Source: a virus. From it: 40,372 nucleotides of DNA. The notes beneath the pieces were generated by a model that worked only from the letters and a program-made list of their open reading frames with translations, was not told where the DNA came from and ran no database searches. Shown in pieces: positions 32,228 to 40,372 of the stretch. The position numbers and the translations under genes were made by a program. Each line of letters starts with the position of its first letter. Position 1 is the first letter of the stretch. The DNA lies in the IMG/VR virus record IMGVR_UViG_3300035130_000102, positions 1 through 40,372 of that record. One strand, written 5' to 3'.

Positions 32228-34143
32228 GTCGGGAGTCCTCCTGTTAGCCCGGGTGGCATCGCGCCTCCCGGTGGCATCATGGGCCCAGCGGAACCGGCCA
32301 GCGGTAGTGGGCCGCCTGCGCCGGGCATCGGACCTGCGCCGGGCGGGAGCAGCTCGGCACCAGGAGGCAGCGGCGGCTCTCCCGGTGGGGCTGCGGCGGG
32401 CTCGGGCTCCTGGCTCTTGACGCCGAGGTTCGGCGACGTCGAGTGCTCGAACCACTTGCGGAGCTTGGCCAGGTCTGCCTCGTCTGCCCCCTGAAGCACG
32501 CCGAGGCTGTGCATGCTCAGGCAGATCTGGCGGCCCAGCTCGAGAGGCTGAAACGTATCTGGTGGGACATAATCGCCGCCTTCTAGCATCCGCTGAAACA
32601 TGTCCTCCATGCGCTCGTAGTTCGATGTCTCGGCCTCTTTGATCGCCTTCAGGTCGGGGTCCTCTTGCATTCGGAGGGCCTGCTGTGGCGTGATGACCTG
32701 TTTCTCTGACAGCTCAACGATCCCCTCCATGCGAGCGGCTGGCTCCTTCGCGAGGGCCGACGTCGGGGCGAGCTTGATGCGCATCGAGTCGACGTCTTTG
32801 GCCAGCTCTGACCAGTCCATTTTTTCCCGCCGGCCGCGGCGCTCGTATTCAGCTTCCCGCTTGCCGCCCTTGGCCAGTCGGCTTTCGGCGCGCACCCACT
32901 CCTGGGCTACCCGGCAATGCGCAGCGCCATACATGCGATCCATGGTTACGAGCCGGCGCTTCTGGTGGGTGCGGTAGATCTGCTGTGCTCGCCCTGATGC
33001 GCTCGCCATCCCCGCTGGAATCTGGCTGGAGACTGACAGCTCGGAGATCCCTACCGCCTCGTGAGCCCAGCGCTTGTGGCGCTCCATCTGATTATAGTGC
33101 TCTGGCGGGAACACCTGCGGCGTCACAAATTCGGGCTTTTCCGTGCACTCGATGATCGCCCCGATGGTGTTGTTGATGTGGCTCTTTGTGATCGATCCAG
33201 GTCGGCAGAGCACCCTGGGCACGCTGATCCGGTGCGCGCCTTCCTGTGTCCGCCGCGCGTACTTGTTGAGCTCCTGCTGATCGGGCTCGGCCCGGGAGAT
33301 GAGCGGTACTCCCCAAAATCCGATGCGCGGCAGCAGGCACCGCACAGGCACGATTGGGTAATCGTCCTGTTTCCACTGCTCCCGCTCGAGCAGGCAGCCG
33401 CTGATGACGAGGCACCTGAGCCCGTCGCCCGCTTCCGGCTTGCTCGGCAGATGGAAGCACTCATAGGTCTCGACCACGTCGCGGCGGCGAATGAACGGCG
33501 CCCATAGCGAGCCGCTGGCCCCAGTGCCGGCCGAGACAATGGCCAGGCGCTGCTCCTCGTCGTCGTACAGCTCGTACAGCAGATCCTTGTCCACGTGGCG
33601 CCGGATGTAGAGCGTCCGCGGCATGACCCCGACACAGCGGGTGTCGTCCATGATCACGTCCGGCGGGAAGAGGCGCTGAATCGCCACGTTGTCGTGCTCG
33701 GCGCACACCGAGAAAAAGCCGGTCCCGGCCAGCACCGCGTCGAGGAGCACATCGGGGCCGAGCGTCTCCATGCCCTCCGACTCGAACTTGCAGTCGCAGG
33801 CGCTGGTGAGGCGCTCAGCGTCCTTGCGCTGCCGGTAGGTGCCGCCCGCCGTGTAGAACATGGGCCGCGGCTGCGTCTGGGTGATCTCCGTCACCACCGT
33901 GTCAGCGATGCCCCCGATGACGTTGTGAGCCATCCGCTCAGTCCGCCGGCGGGGGATGTAATCCGGCAGCACGCCGCCCCCGACATCGTCGCCGTACAAG
34001 GCGTAGCGCTCGAAAATCCCATACTGGCGCTCGGCCGTCTCGTTGTCGGTGGTGACCGCCGCCGAGTGAGCCAGCTGCCACAGCTCACGATCGTCCTCTG
34101 CTAGCCACCAGCGGCCCATCTTGGTTGGGTCTGCCTCGTCCAT
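32224..34143 (-). CDS. Portal protein
   Basis: 639-aa ORF downstream of TerL. GGAGGTG RBS. Size and position fit. Pro/Gly-rich C-terminal tail. Confidence 0.75.
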   Translation of the reverse strand: MDEADPTKMGRWWLAEDDRELWQLAHSAAVTTDNETAERQYGIFERYALYGDDVGGGVLPDYIPRRRTERMAHNVIGGIADTVVTEITQTQPRPMFYTAGGTYRQRKDAERLTSACDCKFESEGMETLGPDVLLDAVLAGTGFFSVCAEHDNVAIQRLFPPDVIMDDTRCVGVMPRTLYIRRHVDKDLLYELYDDEEQRLAIVSAGTGASGSLWAPFIRRRDVVETYECFHLPSKPEAGDGLRCLVISGCLLEREQWKQDDYPIVPVRCLLPRIGFWGVPLISRAEPDQQELNKYARRTQEGAHRISVPRVLCRPGSITKSHINNTIGAIIECTEKPEFVTPQVFPPEHYNQMERHKRWAHEAVGISELSVSSQIPAGMASASGRAQQIYRTHQKRRLVTMDRMYGAAHCRVAQEWVRAESRLAKGGKREAEYERRGRREKMDWSELAKDVDSMRIKLAPTSALAKEPAARMEGIVELSEKQVITPQQALRMQEDPDLKAIKEAETSNYERMEDMFQRMLEGGDYVPPDTFQPLELGRQICLSMHSLGVLQGADEADLAKLRKWFEHSTSPNLGVKSQEPEPAAAPPGEPPLPPGAELLPPGAGPMPGAGGPLPLAGSAGPMMPPGGAMPPGLTGGLPT

Positions 34144-34214
34144 CTTGACACCTCCGCTCAGCCTGTGTCAGGCTATGGGTGTCGATTGGACCTCCTGTAT
34201 GTCTCCTCGACCCG

Positions 34215-34250
34215 AGCCCGGGGCCTGCACCCTCGGGCTTTTTCATTTCA
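34215..34250 (+). terminator. Intrinsic-terminator-like hairpin oriented for plus-strand transcription, inside the minus-strand operon
   Basis: AGCCCGGGG (34215-34223) pairs with CCTCGGGCT (34231-34239) around a 7-nt loop, followed by TTTTCATTTC. On the minus strand it is preceded by an A-tract only. Confidence 0.35.
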
Positions 34251-34527
34251 GGATCGCCTCCTTCCTCCGCGGCTTCACCGGCTGCGTGCCACGCCTCTTG
34301 GCCACGCAGCTCCGGCTGCCGCACGTCTCGCCCTTCGCCGTCTCGGGGCGGACGTCGCCGCAGACGGGGCAGGCGTCGACGTCGAAGCTCTCGACCATGT
34401 GCAGAGGGTAGCGCCGGCTGCCGGCCCTGACGAGCCCATCCTTGAGCACGGCGGCGCCCAGGCGCTCCAGCGGCTTGCCGTCGGGGCCCTCGACGGGGCG
34501 ACGGAAGCGGACGGCGGTAACGATCAC
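34243..34527 (-). CDS. Hypothetical protein with Zn-ribbon-like motif (94 aa)
   Basis: GTGA overlap start. CPVCG...CGSRSC. Confidence 0.55.
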   Translation of the reverse strand: MIVTAVRFRRPVEGPDGKPLERLGAAVLKDGLVRAGSRRYPLHMVESFDVDACPVCGDVRPETAKGETCGSRSCVAKRRGTQPVKPRRKEAILK

Positions 34528-34883
34528 TCGGCCTCCGTCACCTCGATGCCGCTGCGGTCCGCCTCCTGCTGCCGGCGCAGGTCAGCGCTCTGCTGCCGCA
34601 GCTCGGCGAGGGGTGGCAGGGGGCCCTCTGGCTCGTCGTCGCCTCCGAACTCGTAATCGTCGGCGTGGTGAGCCTCGGGCGTTGGGCTATCGGCGAGGGT
34701 GACCGCAGCGTCCGGCCCCAGCTCGATCTCGACGTCCCCGCGATAGCTGCGCTTGTACCGCGTCACGCCATGGGCCCGGAGGTCCTGTAGCAGGTGTCGG
34801 AAGTCGATTTCGGTCTGAGTCATGGCCTGCGGGTCTCCGTCAAGCCTGGCTTCTATCGCCTGCCCAAAATTCTTACCACCCAT
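34524..34883 (-). CDS. Hypothetical acidic protein (119 aa)
   Basis: Internal ATG (codon 8 of the tracked ORF) overlaps the TerL stop by 11 nt. Confidence 0.55.
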   Translation of the reverse strand: MGGKNFGQAIEARLDGDPQAMTQTEIDFRHLLQDLRAHGVTRYKRSYRGDVEIELGPDAAVTLADSPTPEAHHADDYEFGGDDEPEGPLPPLAELRQQSADLRRQQEADRSGIEVTEAE

Positions 34884-36600
34884 ATTCGTCCTCCAGCTCC
34901 TCATATCGGCACTCGTCCGGGTCGCCCTCTGCTAGCCCCAGCCGCTGCGCCATCTTGTCCGCCTCGTCCAGCTCGTGCTGTGTCCAGTCTCCTGGGAGCT
35001 GCTCCGGCTCCCTGTCGGGTCTCTGTAGCACCTGTGTGTAGCCCAGCGCAAGGGCGGCGGCGTAGTCGCAGTGCCTACCGTCGCCGGTGAGGGGCAGCTC
35101 TACGACCACGCCGGACAGGGTGGTGCGCTTCACGACACGACTCAGATCGCCTAGCAGAGCGGGGCATGGGTGCAGCTCGAGTGACCGGTGATCGTGGTGT
35201 CCGCGCTCGTGCATGGCGAGGGCCGACTTGACGGCCTCGAAGCTCTGGACCTTATCAGCCATCCGCAACGCTTTACCCTCCGGCGACAACACCTCGATCA
35301 GGTACAGCCCGTGCTGCCGGGCGACCGTCCGGAGGGCGTCAGCGCCCCATGGGTCGGTATAGACGCGGTTGCAGCGGTACGGCCGGAGCAGCTCGGCGAT
35401 CTCGGCGAACACAGCGTTGGGATCGAGCGGAGCGGCGGAGCTGCCCTGCCACTGCCGGCAGAGGGCGACGTCATCGCGGTAGCCGTCGATCAGCTCTCGC
35501 ACCGTCAACAGCACCAGCGCCCACGCATTGCCCCTGGTGGCGGGATCGATCACGGCTACGTAGTGCTGCCGGGGGTGGGGCGGTGAGTCGTTGTGCGGGC
35601 AGGCCGGCTCGCTGTTGGACGATGGCAGGCCGGCTCGCTGCCGGGCATCGCAGTCGCACCGGGCCGCCGGCCGCGCCAGCTTCTGCAGGTAGCTGAGGGC
35701 GAAGATCTTCTGCGGCGGCGACTGCCACTGATTCGTCGCGACGAGCCAGGCGCTCTCGCCGTCATCCTTCGCCCGGATGGCCTCGTACTTGCCCGGGGGA
35801 TACTGCAGCGGGTTCAGCGTGTGGCCCTCGCACCCCTCCCAGCCGATGACGACCACCGATTTCTGCCGGCTGGGGCGGCCGCCGTGCTCCTTCGCGGCCT
35901 CGTAGACGGGGCCTTCTGTGCCCCATTTGCTTCCGAGGTAGACGATTTGAGCGCCGGGCAGGAGCCTGTCAAGGGCAGCGGTGCGCGTTGCCTTGACCGA
36001 GATCTGCCGCTCGTCGCCGTGCATCCTGGTGGCCTCGTCGAGGGCGAGCCCGATGCACCACCGCGACAGCACAGCGGCGCCACCGGCCTTGCCGGCTGCT
36101 ACCACGATCTCGACCTCGGCCCCGGAAGGGTGGTGGACGATGGCCGTGAGTGAGCTGTCCGATGGGTCACGGGCCGCAAGATGCGCAAAAGGCCCACGCA
36201 GTGCCTCGGCGATGACGGCGAAGATGGCCTTCGCCTTGTCCTTCTCGATCGAGATGATGGTGTATCGCGGGCGCTCGCCCTTGACATCGCCGGCGGCGGC
36301 GAGGTCTACGGTCTGAGTTGCCCGGAGCGCGAGGCCGGCGATGATCGTGGACTTGCCGGTCCGGCTCGGCGCAAGGAGGTACAGCTCATCCGGCTGCCCC
36401 CACAGTAGATCGACGCGCCCCACCGCCTCGATCACGTCCGGGTGTGACGCCAGCTCGGCGAGGGGCTCCCCGGTGGCGATGCGGCAGATCGCGCGCTGCA
36501 GCGGGGTGGCGGCGGTCAGACCGAGGCCGGCCCTGAACGTGACGATGGCCTCGAGATTGGTGCGGAGGGCCCGCTCAGCTGCCTTGTCGATGGGGGTCAC
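34873..36600 (-). CDS. terL: Terminase large subunit
   Basis: Walker A LLAPSRTGKST. C-terminal RNase-H-like nuclease pattern VAVIDPATRGNAWALVLL ... VYTDPWG. Lies adjacent to the TerS-like gene and upstream of the portal. Confidence 0.85.
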   Translation of the reverse strand: MTPIDKAAERALRTNLEAIVTFRAGLGLTAATPLQRAICRIATGEPLAELASHPDVIEAVGRVDLLWGQPDELYLLAPSRTGKSTIIAGLALRATQTVDLAAAGDVKGERPRYTIISIEKDKAKAIFAVIAEALRGPFAHLAARDPSDSSLTAIVHHPSGAEVEIVVAAGKAGGAAVLSRWCIGLALDEATRMHGDERQISVKATRTAALDRLLPGAQIVYLGSKWGTEGPVYEAAKEHGGRPSRQKSVVVIGWEGCEGHTLNPLQYPPGKYEAIRAKDDGESAWLVATNQWQSPPQKIFALSYLQKLARPAARCDCDARQRAGLPSSNSEPACPHNDSPPHPRQHYVAVIDPATRGNAWALVLLTVRELIDGYRDDVALCRQWQGSSAAPLDPNAVFAEIAELLRPYRCNRVYTDPWGADALRTVARQHGLYLIEVLSPEGKALRMADKVQSFEAVKSALAMHERGHHDHRSLELHPCPALLGDLSRVVKRTTLSGVVVELPLTGDGRHCDYAAALALGYTQVLQRPDREPEQLPGDWTQHELDEADKMAQRLGLAEGDPDECRYEELEDEYGW

Positions 36601-36989
36601 TAAACGCTCACCTCCTCACCCTCGGCGTCAATCACCTGCTCCTCGCTGTCCGCCTCGGCGAGGAGCATCTTGGCCAGCAGTCGCTTCTCCGCCGGGCTGT
36701 ACCGCTGCGTAGTCCGTTGCCTTTCCGCCTCGGCCGGCAAGCCCTGTCGGGGGTCGTAGCCGTGGGCGGGCTTGCCGGCGATGTATGCCAGGTACAGCTG
36801 GATCGCCTTCAGATTTCCCTCTTCGGCAAGCTTGGCGCATTTCTTAAAGATTCTCTGTGCTTGCGCCGGGCTGGTAGCATCGAGCAGCGCCCGCTTGAAG
36901 CGCATCATTTTGCCGACGAGGGGATTGCCGGGGCCGCCGCTATTGCCTTTGGTAAAGCGTCCCTTTTTGTCTTTGGCCAGGTTGGTCAT
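36600..36989 (-). CDS. Terminase small subunit candidate
   Basis: 129 aa immediately upstream of TerL (1-nt overlap). The N-terminal KGRFTKGNSGGPGNP motif is common in small-terminase/DUF5681-type proteins. Confidence 0.6.
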   Translation of the reverse strand: MTNLAKDKKGRFTKGNSGGPGNPLVGKMMRFKRALLDATSPAQAQRIFKKCAKLAEEGNLKAIQLYLAYIAGKPAHGYDPRQGLPAEAERQRTTQRYSPAEKRLLAKMLLAEADSEEQVIDAEGEEVSV

Positions 36990-37023
36990 TTCCGTTTTCT
37001 ATCGGCTACTTATCGTCCTGCCA

Positions 37024-37563
37024 TCACAGCTCCCCCCGCAGCCACCGGTCAGGCAGCTCGTACCACCGCCCCGTCGCCGGCATGACCAGGATCGCGATCT
37101 GGTACAGCCGCGGTTTGTAGGACCGCTCCTGCCCTACGCCCCAACGCACCAGCGGGCTGCTATCGCCGGCGAGCCCCAGCACCACGTTTGCCGTCCAGTC
37201 TCGGGCCGCCTTCAGCGAAGAGCCGAGGTTGTCCCCGCCGATGCCGCGGCCGCCGGCGCTCCACTCGCCCTCCTGCACAGCGCAGTCCACCGGTCGCGGG
37301 GCCCGGCGGATCAGCAGCACGTCCCAACGAACGCCGGCCTTGAGCTGCTGCTGTATCAGCTCGGCGCGGGAGCGCAGCCCAGGCGAGGCCAGCAGCGCCG
37401 CGTCGAGCTTGGCCCGGTGCCCCTTGGCCAGCGCGCTCCTGAGCCGCCAGTCCCGGAGGTTGTGCACCGCCGGAATCCCCAGGGTGCGGCGGACGAGCTT
37501 GCCTTTGCGGCGGACGAGATCATCCGCCGGCACCTCGACGGTGATGGACCATGACTGGATCAT
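37024..37563 (-). CDS. RusA-like Holliday-junction resolvase candidate (179 aa)
   Basis: The start MIQSWSITVEVPADD parallels RusA MNTYSITLPWPPS. GGDNLGSSLKAARDW...GDSSPLV parallels DLDNLQKAAFDAL...DDAQVV. Confidence 0.5.
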   Translation of the reverse strand: MIQSWSITVEVPADDLVRRKGKLVRRTLGIPAVHNLRDWRLRSALAKGHRAKLDAALLASPGLRSRAELIQQQLKAGVRWDVLLIRRAPRPVDCAVQEGEWSAGGRGIGGDNLGSSLKAARDWTANVVLGLAGDSSPLVRWGVGQERSYKPRLYQIAILVMPATGRWYELPDRWLRGEL

Positions 37564-37615
37564 TAGCTCGCCCTCTTGGGAGGGCCGCACACCGGGCACA
37601 CCACGTCGTAGCGGC

Positions 37616-39451
37616 TCACGCCCCACCTCCGTCCTTGTGCTCCTGGCACGCAGCCCGGGCCTCAGCCAGAGAGCCGTGCTCTCCGAGGCCGACGTTGTCC
37701 TCGTCCTGCCCGCCCACGGCCTCGGCGCGCCAGCCCTCCAGGTGATGCCGATCGCCGCTGCCCGTCAGCGTCACTTGGTACCGATTGCAGGCGCTGACCT
37801 GGACGTTCGCCTTCGAGGAGCACGGCCACCGCAGGCGCTTGCGGTTGTCCGCGCTGCACCCGGCGATTGCTGATTTGAGGCGCCGATACATGCCTGGTAG
37901 CTCGGAGCCTGGTAGCTCCCTCGCCCCGGAAGCGTCCCGAAACGTAGCCTGATAGTGACGGTATCCCTCGGGCTTCGAGATCCGGTAGTGGTCGCCGTCG
38001 GGGTCGCCGGCGATGTAGTCCCCGCTCGTCTGCTGCTTGAAATCGGCCCGGGTCAGCTCCCTGTCCGCCGGCAGCGGGTCCGGAGTGGGCTGTTCGTCTC
38101 CGGGCTGCCGAGCCTCATTTGCCTCGTTTGCTGCCACAGCTTCGTATCTCGCCCGCAGCTGCTCGAGCTGTCCGTGCTGCAGATGGAGCGCTGCCGCGTC
38201 TATCGCGAGCCCGGCCGCTGTAATTGCCTCGGGAGTGCGCTCGTCGAAGGCTCGCTCGATGGCCAGCTCTACCTCGGCGAGCTTACCGCTTTTGCCCGGC
38301 GGCTTGTCCGCGGGCGCCGTCTCCTTTCCGGCGAGGCGCAGCTGCTCCCCGTCGGCGGCGGGCTCCCGAAACAGCTCCTCCCCGGTGTCAGGATCGAAGT
38401 AGCGCCACTCGCTGTAGCCGTCCAGATTCCCCCATCGCTCCCGTAGGCACTCCACCACTGCGGTCGCACCCCACTCCACCTCGTGGGCGAGGCGGTCCTC
38501 CCGCTCTCGCAGCTCAGCGATCTCCTCGTCCTTTGCGGCCTTGAGCGCCTTGTGGCGCTCGGCGCTGCGTTTGATCTCCGCCTCCAGCGCCCGGATTTGC
38601 TTGGTGCAGTCCGCCTGCTTGTCAGCGAGGGCCGCCTTGAGCTCCTGGCTCGGCGGCCGGCGGATCGTCCACCGGCCCCGCTCCCGCGCCGGCTTGGTGT
38701 CCGGCTTGGTGTCGCCTTGCTCGAGCAGCCGACGCCCCCGGTGGATCTGGCACTGCGCCATGGCCTCCTCGGGCGTATCGTCGGCGCCGATCTCCTCGTC
38801 GTCGGCGGCGCTCGCCTCGGCCTCGCTGATAGCCGTGCTCTGCCACAGCGGGCCGTCGCTTTTGATCCTGTACGTCAGCGGACCGCCGTCGCTACCGAGC
38901 CAGCAATCGATCGCCGTCTCACGCCACTCGAGCCCCTCGCCGGCCTTGTGCTCGAGGCACAGCTGCTGCAGCGGCTCGGGCTCTGAGGCTGCGGCGAGAT
39001 AGACCGGCTCGGCGCCATGAGGGACTCCCGCCGGGTCGTGATAGTGCGCCCTCCACGCCTCACTCGCGCGGGACCGTGAGACCGTGTACGGCCCCGCCAC
39101 GAGCTCGCCGTTGTCCCTCGTCGTCCAGTCCAGGGCCGTCGCCACGCCGAGCTTGGCTGCCTGCTCCAGCTCAGCCGCGGTCGCTCGTGCGTCAGCTCGG
39201 ACCGCCGCGTCCATCACTGCCTGCGGCACAACCGGCTCCAAGCTGTGCTCCTCGCAGGCCCGCTTCGCCCGCTTGAGCAGGCGCGCCGCCGTCTCGCCAG
39301 CCTCCGCTGTGTACCTGCCCACCTCCCCGCCTCTGTTGCCCTCCCCGGTCGCCGTCGCGACCATGGTGACGGGGTCGTCGTCCGTCTGCTCGATCACGTA
39401 CCCCGGCACCGTCCACTCTTTGAGCCCCTTGATTTTTCTCCACTCAGCCAT
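37616..39451 (-). CDS. 611-aa protein: five repeats of a ~65-aa W..Y.[IV]...EA-x3-C-x2-H module around a central coiled coil
   Basis: Module ends read by eye: ...KRACEEH, ...QQLCLEH, ...EEAMAQCQIH, ...SAIAGCSAD, ...AEARAACQEH. The central region (aa ~270-340) is Lys/Glu/Ala-rich and helical. Confidence 0.6.
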   Translation of the reverse strand: MAEWRKIKGLKEWTVPGYVIEQTDDDPVTMVATATGEGNRGGEVGRYTAEAGETAARLLKRAKRACEEHSLEPVVPQAVMDAAVRADARATAAELEQAAKLGVATALDWTTRDNGELVAGPYTVSRSRASEAWRAHYHDPAGVPHGAEPVYLAAASEPEPLQQLCLEHKAGEGLEWRETAIDCWLGSDGGPLTYRIKSDGPLWQSTAISEAEASAADDEEIGADDTPEEAMAQCQIHRGRRLLEQGDTKPDTKPARERGRWTIRRPPSQELKAALADKQADCTKQIRALEAEIKRSAERHKALKAAKDEEIAELREREDRLAHEVEWGATAVVECLRERWGNLDGYSEWRYFDPDTGEELFREPAADGEQLRLAGKETAPADKPPGKSGKLAEVELAIERAFDERTPEAITAAGLAIDAAALHLQHGQLEQLRARYEAVAANEANEARQPGDEQPTPDPLPADRELTRADFKQQTSGDYIAGDPDGDHYRISKPEGYRHYQATFRDASGARELPGSELPGMYRRLKSAIAGCSADNRKRLRWPCSSKANVQVSACNRYQVTLTGSGDRHHLEGWRAEAVGGQDEDNVGLGEHGSLAEARAACQEHKDGGGA

Positions 39452-39863
39452 CGTCTCCTCCTGTCCGTCGTTTGCGCCACGCCCAAAACGCGCGGCTCGA
39501 GTCCTCGTGTGCGGCGGCGATCTGCTCCTGGCTCGGTGGCCGGATCGCCGCCGGCTTGGTCCGGTAGACCCCGACCTGGTGCTGCTGTCGCCTCAGCCGG
39601 CAGCCCCTGTCCTGCAGCGCCGCCTCGAGCAGCTGCTGCTCCGAGACGGGCCGGCCGGCGTCCAGCTGCTCGAGCAGAGCGCTCTGCAGAGGGCCGGCCG
39701 GCAGCCCGCCGAGGCCAATCGCCGGCGGTGCCGTCGCCTTGCCTCGCGCCGGCCCTTGGGCGGCCCCTGAGCGGCCCGGGGAGGCACGGGCCGTGTCAGA
39801 GCCCACCCGGGCCGCCGGTGCGTCTGAGGGGCCACTGAGGCCGAGAGAGAGCTGCTGGCTCAC
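39444..39863 (-). CDS. Hypothetical protein (139 aa)
   Basis: GTG at 39863 in a GTGA overlap. 8-nt overlap with the next gene. Confidence 0.5.
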   Translation of the reverse strand: MSQQLSLGLSGPSDAPAARVGSDTARASPGRSGAAQGPARGKATAPPAIGLGGLPAGPLQSALLEQLDAGRPVSEQQLLEAALQDRGCRLRRQQHQVGVYRTKPAAIRPPSQEQIAAAHEDSSRAFWAWRKRRTGGDDG

Positions 39864-40039
39864 GGGCCGACCTCCTCTGAGACGTGGTGGCGCACGGCCT
39901 CCGGCTCGGCCTCGTAGTAGCAGCCGCAGTGCGTGACGCTGTCGTAGGCCAGCAGATCGTCCAACTCCTCTCCGTCCGGGGCGATCGGCATCGCACTGTA
40001 CAGCGGGCCGTCGCCGCCGCAGTTGGGACAGCAGATCAC
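39860..40039 (-). CDS. Small Zn-ribbon protein (59 aa)
   Basis: GTG at 40039 in a GTGA overlap. CCPNCGG...HCGC. Confidence 0.5.
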   Translation of the reverse strand: MICCPNCGGDGPLYSAMPIAPDGEELDDLLAYDSVTHCGCYYEAEPEAVRHHVSEEVGP

Positions 40040-40296
40040 GGTGCGCCACCCCCCGGCCCTAGCTCGGGCGGTAGCTTGGTGCGCCCTTGCCCGTCGCCGA
40101 GGCACCACTCGAGCAGCCTCCGGGCTTGTGCCGGAGTGGCGTGGCGGTCCCGGCCCCAGTAGGCAAATCCGGTGGGGTGGTGTCCGCCCGCCGGGACGAG
40201 CTTAGCCCACCCGAGCTGCTCGAGCGTCACCTCCGGGCCGCCACGCCACTCCGGCAGCGCCGGCTCTCTCAGCTGCTCGAGCAGCTCCCGGGCCAA
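40036..40296 (-). CDS. Hypothetical protein (86 aa); first gene of the long minus-strand operon
   Basis: The ORF start lies inside the terminal repeat (equivalent to nt 51 of the window). The upstream intergenic region is therefore nt 52-245. Confidence 0.55.
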   Translation of the reverse strand: MARELLEQLREPALPEWRGGPEVTLEQLGWAKLVPAGGHHPTGFAYWGRDRHATPAQARRLLEWCLGDGQGRTKLPPELGPGGGAP

Positions 40297-40372
40297 ATTT
40301 CGGTGCCCCTCCTCGCAGCACGGGTGCCACGTCCCCGCCGGCGACAGCCAGCCGCAATCTGAGGTGATCCAC
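40246..40372. repeat. Terminal direct repeat, right copy (identical to 1-127)
   Basis: Same 127-nt string as the window start. This implies a circular or terminally redundant 40,245-bp unit. Confidence 0.95.

Noticed and set aside
34860-34921. Apparent 1-nt discrepancy (possible frameshift) at the TerL 3' end when I read the printed line 34861-34920
   Set aside because: The ORF track gives continuous, sensible translations on both strands through this line, and coordinates on either side agree with the track. I attribute the mismatch to my reading of that line. I used ORF-track arithmetic for coordinates there.
1-40372. Striking recurrence of CTCGAG, often within GCTGCTCGAGCAGC-like strings, throughout the genome
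   Set aside because: It mostly corresponds to Leu-Glu (CTC-GAG) codon pairs in LLEQL-type helical segments on either strand. It is therefore probably a codon and amino-acid usage effect rather than a site. I could not count occurrences rigorously.

Overview
This window looks like one complete, circularly closed genome of about 40.2 kb from a high-GC tailed phage. Nucleotides 1-127 are identical to 40246-40372, which leaves 40,245 unique bp.

Genes sit in three tightly packed blocks, and most junctions are 1-, 4- or 8-nt start/stop overlaps (ATGA, GTGA):
- A leftward early/replication block (5334 to 246, minus strand). It holds a wHTH protein, several small Zn-ribbon proteins, a protein with a DnaB N-terminal-like motif, an RHH protein, a DUF488-like protein and a D5/P4-family SF3 helicase.
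- A rightward block of about 20 mostly unknown genes (6067 to 15500, plus strand). It includes a PD-(D/E)XK exonuclease and an HNH endonuclease.
- A minus-strand block of about 25 kb (40296 to 15507). In order it carries a RusA-like resolvase, TerS, TerL, portal, scaffold, major capsid, T7 gp11/gp12-like adaptor and nozzle, four A/Q/G-rich core or ejection-type proteins, small beta-rich proteins and a membrane/lipoprotein cassette.

I could not recognise a DNA or RNA polymerase, an integrase, an endolysin or a large tail fibre.

The most unusual observations are:
1. A 65-aa ORF overprinted on the central loop of a 271-aa polytopic membrane ORF, with a clean frame switch in third-position GC.
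2. A perfect 9-bp x 9.7 tandem repeat between two core-protein genes. It forms a 49-codon (SSM)n micro-ORF coupled at both ends to its neighbours.
3. A 611-aa protein built from five copies of a module of about 65 aa that also occurs free-standing in another gene.
4. A tRNA-like T-arm/acceptor minihelix inside a hairpin-rich 730-bp divergent control region.
5. Several repeat/operator arrays (154-257, 5504-5616, 11327-11423).

Functional names come from motif recognition by eye and from gene order. No database search was possible.
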